Positions 49,765 to 60,326 of a DNA stretch of 64,000 bases are shown in pieces. Both the position numbers and the translations under genes were made by a program. Each line of letters starts with the position of its first letter. Position 1 is the stretch's first letter. The notes under the pieces are model-generated. The model did not search any database, had not been told where the DNA came from, and was given only the letters and a program-made list of their open reading frames with translations. Origin of the DNA: a bacterium. GTDB taxonomy: Bacteria > UBA8248. The stretch is taken from the NCBI GenBank assembly GCA_963692865.2, contig OY843592.1, positions 1 to 64,000 of the forward strand, read 5' to 3'.

Positions 49765-50774
49765 CAGCGCCTCCTGTTCGGCCAGGCTTCGGGGTTCAGC
49801 AGATCAGGAGGGCGCCTGCCGAGCAGATAGGCCTTTACGTTCCTCTCCACGCGATCAGATACCGCGTCCCGGCCCAAGTCGGTGTTCGTTCCCAGGTGCG
49901 GCATCATGACGACGTTCTTCATCCGCAGGAGCCTCGGGTGCGGCTCGGGTTCATTCTCGAACACGTCCAGTCCGGCTCCGCCCAAGCGGCCCGAGCGGAG
50001 CGCTTCGACCAGGGCTTTCTCGTCCAGAATGGGGCCCCGGGCGGTGTTGATGATCACGGCACCCTGTTTCATCCGGGCGAACTCCGCCGCGCCGATGAGG
50101 TGGCGCGTCTCATCGTTCAGGGCCAGGTGCACGCTCAGGAAATCGGATTCGCGCAACAGCCTGCCGAATGCGCGGTAGGAGACGCCCGTCTGCTTCTCCA
50201 TTTCGGGGCTTTTCCTGTTCCGGCTCCAGTAGCGGACCTTCATGCCGAACGCGTTCGCCATGCGCGCCACGGCGCAGCCGATGCGCCCCAGACCGATGAC
50301 CCCGAGCACCCGGCCGTTCAGCCCCCGGCCTTCCAGCAGCGTGGGCGTCCAACCCTTCCATCGCCCCGTTCTGATATACGAATCCGCTTCCGCCACCCGC
50401 CTGTTCACCCCGAGCAGGAGCGCCATGGCGCATTCCGCCGTCGGCTCCGTGACGACGCCGGGCGTGTTCGTGGCCAGAATTCCCCGCCCGGTGATCTCCT
50501 CCAGGTCGAGATTGTTGAAGCCGACCCCGCAGTTGGCGACCAGTTTGAGGCGCGGCGCGGCATCGAGGAATCCGGCGTCTATCTCGTCTCCCACCATCGA
50601 GATGAGCACGTCCGCGCGGCGCACGGCGCGCCTGTACGCGGCGGGACTCGGCCGCACGTCTTTCGCGTGCATGGCGAACTCGGAGATTCGCTTGAGTTCT
50701 TCGAAATGACGGGCAGGAAACTTTCGGGAGAGGAATACGCGCGGGAGACCTCCAGGGGGCGCCTTATCAGCCAT
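49764..50774 (-). CDS. D-2-hydroxyacid dehydrogenase (glyoxylate reductase-like)
   Basis: GLGRIG, INTARG, LDVFENEP, PHLG. Confidence 0.92.
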   Translation of the reverse strand: MADKAPPGGLPRVFLSRKFPARHFEELKRISEFAMHAKDVRPSPAAYRRAVRRADVLISMVGDEIDAGFLDAAPRLKLVANCGVGFNNLDLEEITGRGILATNTPGVVTEPTAECAMALLLGVNRRVAEADSYIRTGRWKGWTPTLLEGRGLNGRVLGVIGLGRIGCAVARMANAFGMKVRYWSRNRKSPEMEKQTGVSYRAFGRLLRESDFLSVHLALNDETRHLIGAAEFARMKQGAVIINTARGPILDEKALVEALRSGRLGGAGLDVFENEPEPHPRLLRMKNVVMMPHLGTNTDLGRDAVSDRVERNVKAYLLGRRPPDLLNPEAWPNRRR

Positions 50775-50776
50775 CT

Positions 50777-51940
50777 TCACAACCGCTTCACGGCGTCCGC
50801 GATCCGGTCCACGGCCCGCTCCAGATTCTCCACGCTGTTGGCGAAGCACATTCTCAGGTGATTGTCCGCGTGAACGCCGAAGGCCGAGCCGGGCAGAGTC
50901 GCCACCCCCACCTCGTCGAGCAGATAGTCGGCGAAATCATCCGCGCTCATGGGGATTCGGCTCACGTTGGGAAAAGCGTAGAAAGCGCCGTCGGGGTATT
51001 GGCAGGATATGCCTTCCACCTCGTTCAGGCCCGAGATGAAGATGTCGCGCCTGCGCCTGAAATCATCCATCATGGCGCGGCTCTCGGACTGATCCTCCAG
51101 AAGCCCCTTCGCGCCCGCCAGTTGAATGAAGGGCGGCACGCAGCTCACCGAGTTGGTGATGAGCTGGGCGAGCGGGTCGGCGAGCGCGGTGGGCGCGGCG
51201 ATGAAGCCGAGGCGCCAGCCCGTCATGGCGTATGTCTTCGAGAACGTCTCGAGCAGGATGGTGCGCTCGCGCATCCCCGGCAGCGTGCCCAGGGAGACGT
51301 GTTCCCCCTCGAAAAGCATGTGGGCGTACACCTCATCGGACAGGACGATGATGTCGTTTTCCACGGCGATCTCCGCGATGGCTTCGAGTTCGCTCCTCGC
51401 AAGCGTCCCGCCGGTGGGGTTGTGCGGATAGTTCAGGATGAGGAGGCGGGTCCTGTCCGTGACGCGCGCGCGCAGATCGTCCGGCGTGAAGCGGAAATTG
51501 TTTTCCTCCAGTATCGGCAGCGGCACGGGCTTGGCGCCCGCGTAGAGCGCCACGGACTCATAGACCGGAAAACCCGGATCGGGATAGATCACCTCATCGC
51601 CCGGCCCCGCCGTGGCCATGATGGTGTAGTAAAGAAACGGCTTGCCCCCCGGGCCGACCACGATCTCATCCGGCGAATAATCCCCGCGCCCGTCGCGCCC
51701 GAGCCACTCACAGGCCGCTTCGCGAAGCTCCAGCACGCCGGCGGAGGGGCAGTAGTGCGTCTTGCCCGCCTTGAGCTGCGCGTACGCTTCCTCGACGATG
51801 CTCGAGGGCGTGTCGAAATCGGTATCGCCGATCTCCAGGTGGATGATGTCCCGGCCCCCCCGCTCCATTTCGCTCGCCTTGGCGAGAACCACGAACGCGC
51901 TTTCCGTTTTGAGCAGCTTCATCCGATCAGCCAGACGCAT
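50777..51940 (-). CDS. Class I/II aminotransferase (aspartate aminotransferase-like)
   Basis: NYPHNPTG, SDEVY, FSKTYAMTGWRLG. Confidence 0.93.
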   Translation of the reverse strand: MRLADRMKLLKTESAFVVLAKASEMERGGRDIIHLEIGDTDFDTPSSIVEEAYAQLKAGKTHYCPSAGVLELREAACEWLGRDGRGDYSPDEIVVGPGGKPFLYYTIMATAGPGDEVIYPDPGFPVYESVALYAGAKPVPLPILEENNFRFTPDDLRARVTDRTRLLILNYPHNPTGGTLARSELEAIAEIAVENDIIVLSDEVYAHMLFEGEHVSLGTLPGMRERTILLETFSKTYAMTGWRLGFIAAPTALADPLAQLITNSVSCVPPFIQLAGAKGLLEDQSESRAMMDDFRRRRDIFISGLNEVEGISCQYPDGAFYAFPNVSRIPMSADDFADYLLDEVGVATLPGSAFGVHADNHLRMCFANSVENLERAVDRIADAVKRL

Positions 51941-51958
51941 AATTCATCCCCGTCCCTA

Positions 51959-52564
51959 TTATATCGTCGAGTGAAGAGGCGCGTCCGTCACGACGCCGCA
52001 CCTCGTGAGGGCGTTCAACGCTTCCGCAACGGGCAGACCCACGACGTTGGTGTAGCTTCCCTCCACCCTGTCCACGAGGCTCCCGCCCAGACCCTGAATG
52101 GCGTATGCGCCCGCCTTGTCCATGGGTTCGCCGCTTTCGACGTATCGCCCGATGGTTTCCCCGTCAAGCTTCCGAAAGGACACCTTCGTCGTGACCGCCT
52201 CTTCATGGCGGGCATCCGCTTCTAAGAGAGCGAACGCGGTGATCACCTCGTGCGTCCGCCCCGAAAGCAACCCGAGCATGCGCGAGGCGTCCTCCCCGTC
52301 CGACGGCTTTCCCAGGATTTCCCCGTCCAGGACGACCACCGTATCGGCTCCGAGAACGAACGCGCCCGGGTTCATCCCCGCCACGAAACCCGCCTTCGCC
52401 AGGGCGCGGCGCATGGCCTCGGCTTCGGCCTCAAGCCCCGGCGCGATTTCCTCCTCCACGTCCGGGGGCGCCTGGACGACGTCGAACGCGAGGCCCGCAT
52501 CCTGCAGGAGCCGTTTTCTGCGCGGGGAACCCGAAGCCAGAATGAAATGCCGAATCTGTCGCAA
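51959..52564 (-). CDS. maf: Maf nucleotide pyrophosphatase; start approximate
   Basis: ILASGSPRR, GADTVV, DKAGAYAIQG. Confidence 0.92.
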   Translation of the reverse strand: MRQIRHFILASGSPRRKRLLQDAGLAFDVVQAPPDVEEEIAPGLEAEAEAMRRALAKAGFVAGMNPGAFVLGADTVVVLDGEILGKPSDGEDASRMLGLLSGRTHEVITAFALLEADARHEEAVTTKVSFRKLDGETIGRYVESGEPMDKAGAYAIQGLGGSLVDRVEGSYTNVVGLPVAEALNALTRCGVVTDAPLHSTI

Positions 52565-52583
52565 GAAACGAACCTGCGGAGGG

Positions 52584-53561
52584 CTAATTGTCCCGATCGA
52601 CAATGTAGTCGGCGACGTCGCGCAACACGTCGACATGGAACGAGTCCGGCAATATGGAGAGAGCCGCCTTGCCCGCCTCGACGTATCCCCGCGCCCTGTC
52701 CAGCGTGTAGTCCACCGCGCCGTACTTGTTCATCATTTCGAGAACGTCGTCCAAGTCTTCCGCGCGAATCTCGTCCGCGTGAACCACCAGATGATTCAAT
52801 CTCTCGAATTCCGCCTCCGTGGCCCGGGCGCAAACCCGGAGCAAAGGCAGCGTAACGTTCCCCTCGCGCAGATCCTCGCCAACGGATTTTCCGGTTTTCC
52901 GCGCATCGCCCATGTAGTCGAGGGCGTCGTCGACCAGCTGGAAGGCGTATCCGATCTGGGCGCCGAACTGATGGATCGCGTCCGCAATCGTGGGCGGACT
53001 GTCGGGGATCAGGGCGCCGACCCTGCAACTCGCGGCGATGAGGGCGGCCGTCTTGCGGTAGATGACGTCGAGATATTCCCCTTCGGTGAGCTTCAGGTTG
53101 TACATGTTCACCAGCTGGAGCACTTCCCCCTCGGAAAGCAGGGTGCAGGCCTCGCTCATGGTTTGAATGATTCGCAGATCGGCGTCCGCTGCCATGAGCG
53201 AGAAACTCTTGGCGAAGAGGAAATCACCCACCAGGACGCTCGTCTCGTTGTTCCATTTCGCGTTGGCGGACGGGTTGCCCCGCCTCATCTGCGCGTCATC
53301 CACCACGTCGTCGTGCAGGAGCGTGGCCGTGTGGATGTACTCCACCACGCAACCCATCGTCGTGGCGCGGGGACCCTCATAGCCGCACGCCTTGGCGACG
53401 AGCACCAGAAGCATCGGGCGGATCCGCTTGCCGCCGGAACCGATGAGATAATCGCTCACATCGGGTATCAGGACGACGTCCGAATGAAAATTCGCGTGAA
53501 TCGCATCTTCCACTTCCTTCATCTCGGAAGCGATTGAATCCGCAATCTCAGAAAATTTCAT
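52584..53561 (-). CDS. ispB: Long-chain polyprenyl diphosphate synthase
   Basis: GGKRIRP, LLHDDVVD, FQLVDDALDY. Confidence 0.88.
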   Translation of the reverse strand: MKFSEIADSIASEMKEVEDAIHANFHSDVVLIPDVSDYLIGSGGKRIRPMLLVLVAKACGYEGPRATTMGCVVEYIHTATLLHDDVVDDAQMRRGNPSANAKWNNETSVLVGDFLFAKSFSLMAADADLRIIQTMSEACTLLSEGEVLQLVNMYNLKLTEGEYLDVIYRKTAALIAASCRVGALIPDSPPTIADAIHQFGAQIGYAFQLVDDALDYMGDARKTGKSVGEDLREGNVTLPLLRVCARATEAEFERLNHLVVHADEIRAEDLDDVLEMMNKYGAVDYTLDRARGYVEAGKAALSILPDSFHVDVLRDVADYIVDRDN

Positions 53562-53767
53562 CCCACCTCCGAACTGCGGGCACATCTCCTAAAACGGGGG
53601 GGTCCTTCCGCAGATCATTTTCCCCGATAACCGAACACAAGAGCAACTCAATCTATTGAGGAGGCCCATGGGTGTCAAGGCGATGAAACGCCCCTTTTCC
53701 TCAAGACGAAGCTCGGCTATGTTGCCAGATACGAGGCGATTATCCAACCAACGGGAGAGTTACGGTC

Positions 53768-54145
53768 TTGCAGAGAAAAATTCGAATCACCGCCGGCAGC
53801 GCAAGCACCGAGGCGGAACTCACGGAGAGCGAGACCGCGAACGCCTTGTGGGACGCATTGCCGATTACCGGCATGGCGAACGTATGGGGCGAGGAGATAT
53901 ATTTCCAGGTTCCCGTAGAGGCGCCCCTGGAGGATTCCGCGCGCGAGGAGATGGAAGTCGGAGAGATCGCCTACTGGCCCCCCGGCAGCGCGTTCTGCAT
54001 CTTTTTCGGCAGAACCCCGGCGAGCGTGGATGACGCGCCCCGCGCGGCCGGCCCCGTGAATCCGCTGGGCAAAGTGGACGGCGACCCGAAAGATTTCCTG
54101 GGCGTGCGCTCGGGAGAAGAGGTTCTCCTGGAGAGAGCGCCGTGA
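53768..54145 (+). CDS. Cyclophilin-like fold protein (DUF369/TM1367-like)
   Basis: WGEEIYF, GEIAYWPPGSAFCIFFG. Confidence 0.8.
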   Translation: MQRKIRITAGSASTEAELTESETANALWDALPITGMANVWGEEIYFQVPVEAPLEDSAREEMEVGEIAYWPPGSAFCIFFGRTPASVDDAPRAAGPVNPLGKVDGDPKDFLGVRSGEEVLLERAP

Positions 54146-55395
54146 GTTCTCAAGGAGCCAAAGACGTCTCGGTCCTCATTCATTACGATGAGATTGGGCT
54201 CAAGGGAAAGAACCGTCCGCTTTTCATCGAGCGCCTCTCCAGGAGGATCGAGCGCGCGGCGTCCCTGTTCTGCGAGGCGAAAGTCAAAAAACGCACGGGA
54301 CGGCTGATTCTGGAAACGAACGGCCTGAAAGACCCCGACGCTCTGATCGAAGCCCTCAGAAAAGTATTCGGCGTCGCCTATTTCGCCCGCGCCCGAAGGG
54401 TTCCGCTCGACCTCGACGCGGCGGCGAGAGTCGCGCTCGAAATGATCGCCCCTCTCAAAATCAAAAGTTTCCGGGTGCGAACCCGCAAATCGTTCCCGAC
54501 CACGCCCGTCAGCGCGAGGGAGTGGGACAGGGCCATCGGCGCTGCGATTCAGGCCAGAAGACACCTGCCGGTCGATCTGGAGCATCCGGGGCTTACGGTT
54601 CACGTCGAGGTCATTCCCAGGGAAGCCTGGGTGTACGCCGAGAAAATACCGGGCCCGGGCGGCCTGCCCGTCGGCTCGCTCGGCAGGGTGGCGGCGCTCC
54701 TCTCGGGCGGCATCGACTCGCCGCTTGCCGCCTGGCGCATCATGAAGCGCGGCTGCGAGGTGGTGTTCATCCACTTTCACGGCGCGCCCTACTTGAGCCG
54801 CGCCTCCGCCGACAAGGCGAAGGATCTGGCCCAGGTGCTGAACGGCTACCAGTTGGGCAGCAGGCTCTACATGGTTCCGTTCGGGAACCTGCAAAAAGAG
54901 GTCGTTCTCGCCACGCAGCCCGAATACCGCGTCGTTCTATACCGCCGGTTCATGGCGCGCATCGGGGAGCGGATAGCCGGGCTGGAGAACGCACGCGCCC
55001 TGGTCTCCGGCGAGAGCCTGGGGCAGGTGGCGAGCCAGACGCTCCAGAACCTGGCGGCCATCGAGGACGCGGTGCGGATGCCTATCTTAAGGCCCCTGAT
55101 CGGCATGGACAAGGACGAGATCATCGAGGGGGCGAAAAAACTCGGCACGTTCGACATTTCCATCGAGCCCGACCAGGACTGCTGCTCGCTGTTCGTGCCG
55201 AAACACCCCGCCATCCGCTCCCACGCGGGGCACCTGCGCGGGATCGAGTCCCGCCTGCCCGTCCGGGACATGATCGACAAGGTGATCCACGAAACCGAGA
55301 TCATCGATTTAGGCGCAGACGGCCGGACCAGGAATTTCTCCTTCACCGAAATTCATCCCGCCGAGGTGGAGGCTGCTATCGCGCCGAATGCGTAG
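54142..55395 (+). CDS. thiI: tRNA 4-thiouridine synthase
   Basis: EIGLKGKNR, THUMP domain, LLSGGIDSP, GESLGQVASQT, DCC. Confidence 0.94.
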   Translation: MSSQGAKDVSVLIHYDEIGLKGKNRPLFIERLSRRIERAASLFCEAKVKKRTGRLILETNGLKDPDALIEALRKVFGVAYFARARRVPLDLDAAARVALEMIAPLKIKSFRVRTRKSFPTTPVSAREWDRAIGAAIQARRHLPVDLEHPGLTVHVEVIPREAWVYAEKIPGPGGLPVGSLGRVAALLSGGIDSPLAAWRIMKRGCEVVFIHFHGAPYLSRASADKAKDLAQVLNGYQLGSRLYMVPFGNLQKEVVLATQPEYRVVLYRRFMARIGERIAGLENARALVSGESLGQVASQTLQNLAAIEDAVRMPILRPLIGMDKDEIIEGAKKLGTFDISIEPDQDCCSLFVPKHPAIRSHAGHLRGIESRLPVRDMIDKVIHETEIIDLGADGRTRNFSFTEIHPAEVEAAIAPNA

Positions 55396-55415
55396 GGGCA
55401 TGGACAGGCGCGGGG

Positions 55416-55640
55416 GTAGGGACAGGTCGCGACCTGTCCGATTTGGTTTGGATCGTCATTCCGGCGAATGCCGGAACCCAGGGGTTTCGCCTTTGTCTTT
55501 TACTTCTGTCGGATTCCTGCAGATAAGAAGGCATGAAAGGGCCGTAATGTGGCCACCTCATCCGCTCTGGATTCCGGCATTCGCCGGAATGACGGTGGTT
55601 TATCTCGGGCGATGAGGAAAAGTACAAGGACAGGTCGCGA
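55416..55640. repeat. GTAG REPs flanking an inverted CGTC doublet (55454-55594)
   Basis: GTAGGGACAGGTCGCGACCTGTCC 55416-55439; CGTC palindromes at both ends of the doublet; partial REP near 55628. Confidence 0.85.
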
Positions 55641-55759
55641 CCCCGGACAGGCCCTCACGCCTGTCCGGTTACAAAAACGGCACGTACCGAAACAAACCTG
55701 CAGCAGGGCGGCTTCCGTGGCCGCCCTGCCTCGAGAAGCGTCCGATTCTCGCGCGAATT

Positions 55760-56290
55760 CTACCGGGCGGGGGGCGCCGAGGTGCGCCGGATGAGCTCCC
55801 TGAGCGCTTCGCTCTGGTCTGAGAGCGCCTTTATGGATTCGCGATGCTGTTCGCTTTGCGTCTCGCGCTGAGCGGTCAACTCCTCCATGGATTCGCGGTG
55901 TCGGCCTTTTTCCGCCTCGCGCTCTTCGGCCAGCGCCGCCATGGATTCGCGGTGTCGGTCTTTTTCCGCTTCGCGCTCTTCGGCCAGCACCGCCATGGAT
56001 TCGCGGTGTCGGTCTTTTTCCGCTTCGCGCTCTTCGGCCAGCACCGCCATGTGTTCGCGGTGCCTGCTGTCGATCGCCGCCATGGATTCGCGATGTCGGC
56101 GATCCATCGCCTCCATGGTTTCGCGGTGCTGGGAGTCTCGGTGACGCGCGGCCTGGCGCATGAAGTAGAGGCCGTACGCGATCAGGGTGCATTGCGCGGC
56201 CCCGACGATGGCGGCAACCCACACGGAGGCCTGCTGCGCCGCGAGAGAGGCTTGCTGGATGGCGAGGGTTGCCGTTTCGAATTCCGTCAT
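55760..56290 (-). CDS. Membrane-anchored coiled-coil repeat protein
   Basis: TM segment WVAAIVGAAQCTLIAYGLYFMR followed by HRE(S/T)M repeats. Confidence 0.75.
   Translation of the reverse strand: MTEFETATLAIQQASLAAQQASVWVAAIVGAAQCTLIAYGLYFMRQAARHRDSQHRETMEAMDRRHRESMAAIDSRHREHMAVLAEEREAEKDRHRESMAVLAEEREAEKDRHRESMAALAEEREAEKGRHRESMEELTAQRETQSEQHRESIKALSDQSEALRELIRRTSAPPAR
55885..56145 (-). repeat. In-frame tandem repeats: three 54-bp units plus ~three 33-bp units
   Basis: CCATG(G) recurs at 55885, 55939, 55993, 56047, 56080 and 56113. Confidence 0.88.
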
Positions 56291-56391
56291 TCGTTTTTCT
56301 CCCACCAAAGTGAAGTGGGTCCTCAGACGTATTCATTGACTCTAGCGAGGCGCCTCGCCCTCCGTCAAGCGCGGTCAAATATTAGCCAATC

Positions 56392-56469
56392 GGGCGGACA
56401 CATAGGTCCGCCCCTACGGAAACCTCGCGTATCGAAACGACCCGTAGGGGCGGCCACAGGGGGCCGCCC
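56392..56469. repeat. Pair of GTAG-type REPs
   Basis: GGGCGGACACATAGGTCCGCCCCTAC and GTAGGGGCGGCCACAGGGGGCCGCCC. Confidence 0.7.
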
Positions 56470-56520
56470 ATGATTCAGGGGGCCTCGGACAGGCCTCTGC
56501 GCCGGTCCAGCTACGCATCC

Positions 56521-56922
56521 CTACCCCGCCTGCTCCCTCTCCATGTCCGCCGCGAGGTCTCTCTGATCGACGAAATGCGTGTCCTCGTGCAGGTAGCCGG
56601 CGAAATTGTCCAGCCGTATGGGGCCTGCGGCCTCGAAGGCCACCGTGTCCTCGAGATAGTCCGCCTGGTGCTCGGTATGCGGCGGCACGTACCAGACGTC
56701 GCCCGGCTTCAAGACCGCCACCGGATCGCCGCCCGCCTGTACGCGGGCGGAGCCGCTGATGAGGCAGAAAATCTGCTCCGCCTCATGGTGGTGTCTGCGC
56801 GTGGAATTCCCGCCTTTCGCGTGGATGTAGCTGATCATGCAGTGTTTTCCGCTTACGAGGCCCACTTCCACCCCCGGAAACGGCGCCTTCACCGGCAGTT
56901 CGTCCCAATTCGTCACTGGCAT
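56521..56922 (-). CDS. Cupin domain protein
   Basis: HHHEAEQ, LKPGDVWYVPPHTEH. Confidence 0.88.
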   Translation of the reverse strand: MPVTNWDELPVKAPFPGVEVGLVSGKHCMISYIHAKGGNSTRRHHHEAEQIFCLISGSARVQAGGDPVAVLKPGDVWYVPPHTEHQADYLEDTVAFEAAGPIRLDNFAGYLHEDTHFVDQRDLAADMEREQAG

Positions 56923-57041
56923 TTTCGTCTCCTTGCGTTTCGCGACCGCCGCGCGCCCGACCGAGGGCGAAGGGCGTTGCGCGAATAAAGAAATTACGGC
57001 GTCTCTATCGTCATGGAGCTGTTTGTGTGTAGGGGCCGCAT

Positions 57042-57340
57042 GGGGCTGTTGAAAAAGCTATCCCTCTCGCATCAACCACGTTTTACCCGTAGGGGCCGTT
57101 CGCGAACGTGGGGCGTTCATCAACGCCCCACCCCGGAGAAGAAACGGGCGCTTCCCGAAGCGCCCCTACGGTCGCCATTCAGAGTCGGTGTAGGGGTCGC
57201 ATATCATGCGACCCTGATTTTCGCCTCCACAAGGCGGGCCGCATAATATGTCAGACATATATGTCTGACCTACAAAAACCGCTCCTCCATGGTCGGTTAA
57301 ATACGCCGAATCGCTAAATCAGGTCTTTCCCGACAACCCC
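57042..57340. mobile_element. MITE-like element with GTAG REP cargo; right end degenerate
   Basis: GGGGCTGTTGAAAAAG left end; internal segments shared with the 11328 MITE and with 58540-58715. Confidence 0.6.
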
Positions 57341-57351
57341 TCTTACGCGCC

Positions 57352-58260
57352 CTAGACCTCCTCGAGCCTCCTGACGGCCTCTGCGGGCAGGGATTCGCCG
57401 CATGCGGCGTTCTGCTGGGACTGCTCGGGCGTCCTGATGCCCGGAATCACGCAGCTTACGTTCTCGTTCGAGACGCAGAAGCGGATGGCCGCCTGGGCCG
57501 CCGATATGCCGAGATTCGCCGCCACCTCGCGCGTGCGGGCGAGCTGCGCCTGGAACTTGCGGATGTTTTCGGGCGAGAGGATGCCCTTTCGCCGGTCGCC
57601 TTCGGCGAACTCGAACGCCTCGTCGATGCGCCCCGAGAGGAAGCCCCGCTTCAGGGGAACGCGGGATATCACGCCCACGTCCGCCTCCTTCGCGCGGGCG
57701 AAGGCGGGCGCCGCCTCCTGGCTGATGACGTTGTACTCCATCTGGAGGGTGGCGGGCTTGTCCTGCTCCACGGTCAGGTCGCATTCCTCGACCGTGTTCA
57801 CCGAAACGCCCCAGTGCTTGATCTTGCCGTCGTCCCTGGCCTTCTCGAGCAGGGCGTAGCTGTCCTCGGCCGCCAGGTTGTCGACGTTGGGGTTGTGGAG
57901 CTGGTAGTAGTCGATGGCGTCCACGCCCAGGCGCTTCAAGCTCCCCTCCAGGCAGCCGGCGATGTACTCGGGCGTAAAATTCCGCGCGCCCGTCGACATG
58001 TCGTTCCCGCCCTTGGTGAAGACGAGGATGTCGCCGCGGTCCGAGCGCTCGTTCAGGAACTTGCCGATGACGGTCTCGCTGTGGCCCGCGCCGTAGGCGT
58101 CGGAGGTGTCGATGAAGTTCATGCCGGCGTCGACCGCGGCGTGCAGGGCGCGGTTGCTCTCCCCGTCGTCCACGGGGCCGAACACGCCCCCGATGGTCAT
58201 GGCGCCGAAGCCGATGACCGTGACCTCCAGACCGGTGCGTCCGAGTGTTCTTTTCTCCAT
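57352..58260 (-). CDS. Aldo/keto reductase
   Basis: FIDTSDAYG, SLKRLGVDAIDYYQLH, VIPG. Confidence 0.93.
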   Translation of the reverse strand: MEKRTLGRTGLEVTVIGFGAMTIGGVFGPVDDGESNRALHAAVDAGMNFIDTSDAYGAGHSETVIGKFLNERSDRGDILVFTKGGNDMSTGARNFTPEYIAGCLEGSLKRLGVDAIDYYQLHNPNVDNLAAEDSYALLEKARDDGKIKHWGVSVNTVEECDLTVEQDKPATLQMEYNVISQEAAPAFARAKEADVGVISRVPLKRGFLSGRIDEAFEFAEGDRRKGILSPENIRKFQAQLARTREVAANLGISAAQAAIRFCVSNENVSCVIPGIRTPEQSQQNAACGESLPAEAVRRLEEV

Positions 58261-58421
58261 GTGTCGTCTCCATAAAAACGAGGAAAATTTCATAATCCCG
58301 GAGCCGGGTTCCAGGAAACCCCGAACTTCGTCCGGGAAACAGCGATTGCGTGGATGCGCTTGATGGCGGCTGCATCATAGCTTTCATCCGGCGATTTCCG
58401 CAATCGAACTCGCGCATGGAC

Positions 58422-58920
58422 GGGCTGTTGAAAGAGCCCCCTTTGGTCGGGATTGCGGTTGCAGCAGGGACAACCACGGAGGGTTCGGACAACCCCTCTT
58501 CGGGGTTATCCCTGCTACACGCCTCGTTCGGGTGTCGGCGTAGGGGCCGCATATCATGCGGCCCGTTGTCGGAGGGCGAAAAAGGCCGGGTCGCATGATA
58601 TGTCAGACATACAACACCATCTTGAATAACAACCGTAGAGGCGCTTCGTGAAGCGCCCGTTTTTTTTCCGGGGTGAGGCGTTGATGAACGCCCCACGTTC
58701 GCGAACGGCCCCTACGGGAGCATCACGTCGCCGGCCGGGCAGCGAGCAACCACTCCCCCCTTGAGGGGGAGTCAACGCGGCAAGGACAATGTCCGCAGCC
58801 GCGTTGGTGGGGGGAGATTTTTCTGTGGCATGTCCCCCCACCGGTTCAGCCTTTGCACAAAACGCTCGGCTTCACCGTCGGGCATTCCCCTCGGGATGCC
58901 CGACCCTCAAGGGGGGAGTG
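58422..58920. repeat. Composite repeat island (MITE end, GTAG REPs, CCCTTGAGGG element 58751-58920)
   Basis: Same modules as at 11.3, 45.5 and 57.0 kb. Confidence 0.75.
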
Positions 58921-59303
58921 ATTCCCGTCGCCATACAGCCTCACCCACGCATTTCCCCGCATTTCCTCTTCCCCCTCAAACCCCGCCCTGCGCTATCGTG
59001 CGCGCGACGCGGGGAAACGGTTTCTCCCGCATCGGTTGGAATGAAAAGGGTGGAGGGCTTCTCATGGATTCAGGTGCAGGGGCGAAATTGAAGACGGCGA
59101 ATCTTTTTTATGTGCTCGGAACTCTCCTGTCATCGCTCGGTCAGATTCGACTTCTTCGGCTGGAACGGATTCTCGCTCCTTGCCCGGGTTTCACCGCCGG
59201 AGGGGTAGCGCCGGCGGGTTCAGGGAAACGATTGATAATGAAAATAATGATATTTTGTATAAAATTGGGAATTATATACGAAAGTGCCGAAACGGGCCGA
59301 TCG

Positions 59304-59474
59304 CTACCGCTCCTTGGGGATTCTCACATGTTTGACGTTTACGTCTTTGGCCAAGGCCTTGACGGCTTGCTCGAACGTCGCATCCACCCGCAGGTCGGCT
59401 TCTAGTTCCGCCTTGCTCGGCTGGTAGGTTGGTTCGGCCACCTCGACGGTGGGGCGGTCGGGTTTCTTGCTCAT
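59304..59474 (-). CDS. Small passenger protein (56 aa), unknown function
   Basis: GAGGAG RBS; MSKKPDRPTVEVAEPTYQPSKAELEADL... Confidence 0.65.
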   Translation of the reverse strand: MSKKPDRPTVEVAEPTYQPSKAELEADLRVDATFEQAVKALAKDVNVKHVRIPKER

Positions 59475-59545
59475 GGCATTCTCCTCACGGGCAAAGTATA
59501 GCGCGTGTAATGAAAATTCGCCACCGCTTTCATGGCTGGCCGCCC

Positions 59546-59899
59546 CTAGTCGCATTTCCGGTCAGTGTTTTTGTGGAAAAACCACCATGTACTGTTGTCG
59601 GCAAACCGCATGTTCCTATTGCCGGTCTTCGGCACCTCCAACACCTGCCGCCAGAATACTTCTTTGCCATCCACGTACATGTGGAGGCCGCCAAACTCGA
59701 ATTTCCATTTGCCCGTCGCCTTAAGGGCGCATGTAACTTTGTTGTACAGCTTCATGCTCCGGTCTTCGTAAAGCCACAAGATGCTGTTCTTCGTAAACCA
59801 GATACCGGTTAAGTCGGCCTTGGATATGCGGGCCATATCGTAGCCGTGGGAAATGGAAACCGAACCTGCCAGCAACAGAACCGCCAAGACGTAGCGCAT
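59546..59899 (-). CDS. Secreted passenger protein (117 aa)
   Basis: GGAGGG RBS; signal-peptide-like MRYVLAVLLLAGSVSISHG; LTGIW...GKWKF beta-rich body. Confidence 0.7.
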   Translation of the reverse strand: MRYVLAVLLLAGSVSISHGYDMARISKADLTGIWFTKNSILWLYEDRSMKLYNKVTCALKATGKWKFEFGGLHMYVDGKEVFWRQVLEVPKTGNRNMRFADNSTWWFFHKNTDRKCD

Positions 59900-60059
59900 G
59901 GCCTACCCCTCCGCAAATTGAAAATGGCGGTGGGGCGTGCTACCAATGATGATGCAACTCCAAGTTGTAATGGTGGCACGCTCCACCATTGCGGGAGTCT
60001 CGGCGGCCACCGAGGCTCCCGCGCTTTTCTATCATCAATTTCCTTGGGATATGAGGAAG

Positions 60060-60228
60060 TGCCCCGACCTACCCAAAGAGGCCGGGCCTTGTCGTTACCG
60101 CACAGAGAGTGTGGGAACCCCGCTTATTCGCCTTTCGCCTGGGGAGCGACCCCGGGCCTGAATCAAGGCTGTTTTATTCGGCGAGAGACCCGACTAAGGC
60201 ATCGGGTTCTCCTGCGGTAACGACATCG
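60060..60228. ncRNA. Candidate structured RNA A inside the IS1595 element (strand unresolved)
   Basis: 13-bp perfect closing stem TGTCGTTACCGCA 60090-60102/60213-60225 enclosing several hairpins. Confidence 0.45.
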
Positions 60229-60231
60229 CAG

Positions 60232-60311
60232 ATTGTAATGGAAACAGAACGCAAAATACAACCGCTAAATCGGCGGGGGCAATTGACAGCATCATTCCGA
60301 TTTGGGATCAT
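60232..60311. promoter_or_regulatory. Candidate divergent sigma70 promoters
   Basis: Minus strand TTGTAT-18-TACAAT (60261 to 60232); plus strand TTGACA-17-GATCAT (60283-60311). Confidence 0.4.
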
Positions 60312-60326
60312 TATCGAACATTCGAA

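Noticed and set aside
55885-56145. 54-bp periodic repeat as CRISPR or a non-coding array
   Set aside because: No unique spacers; unit lengths are multiples of 3 and lie inside a coherent ORF
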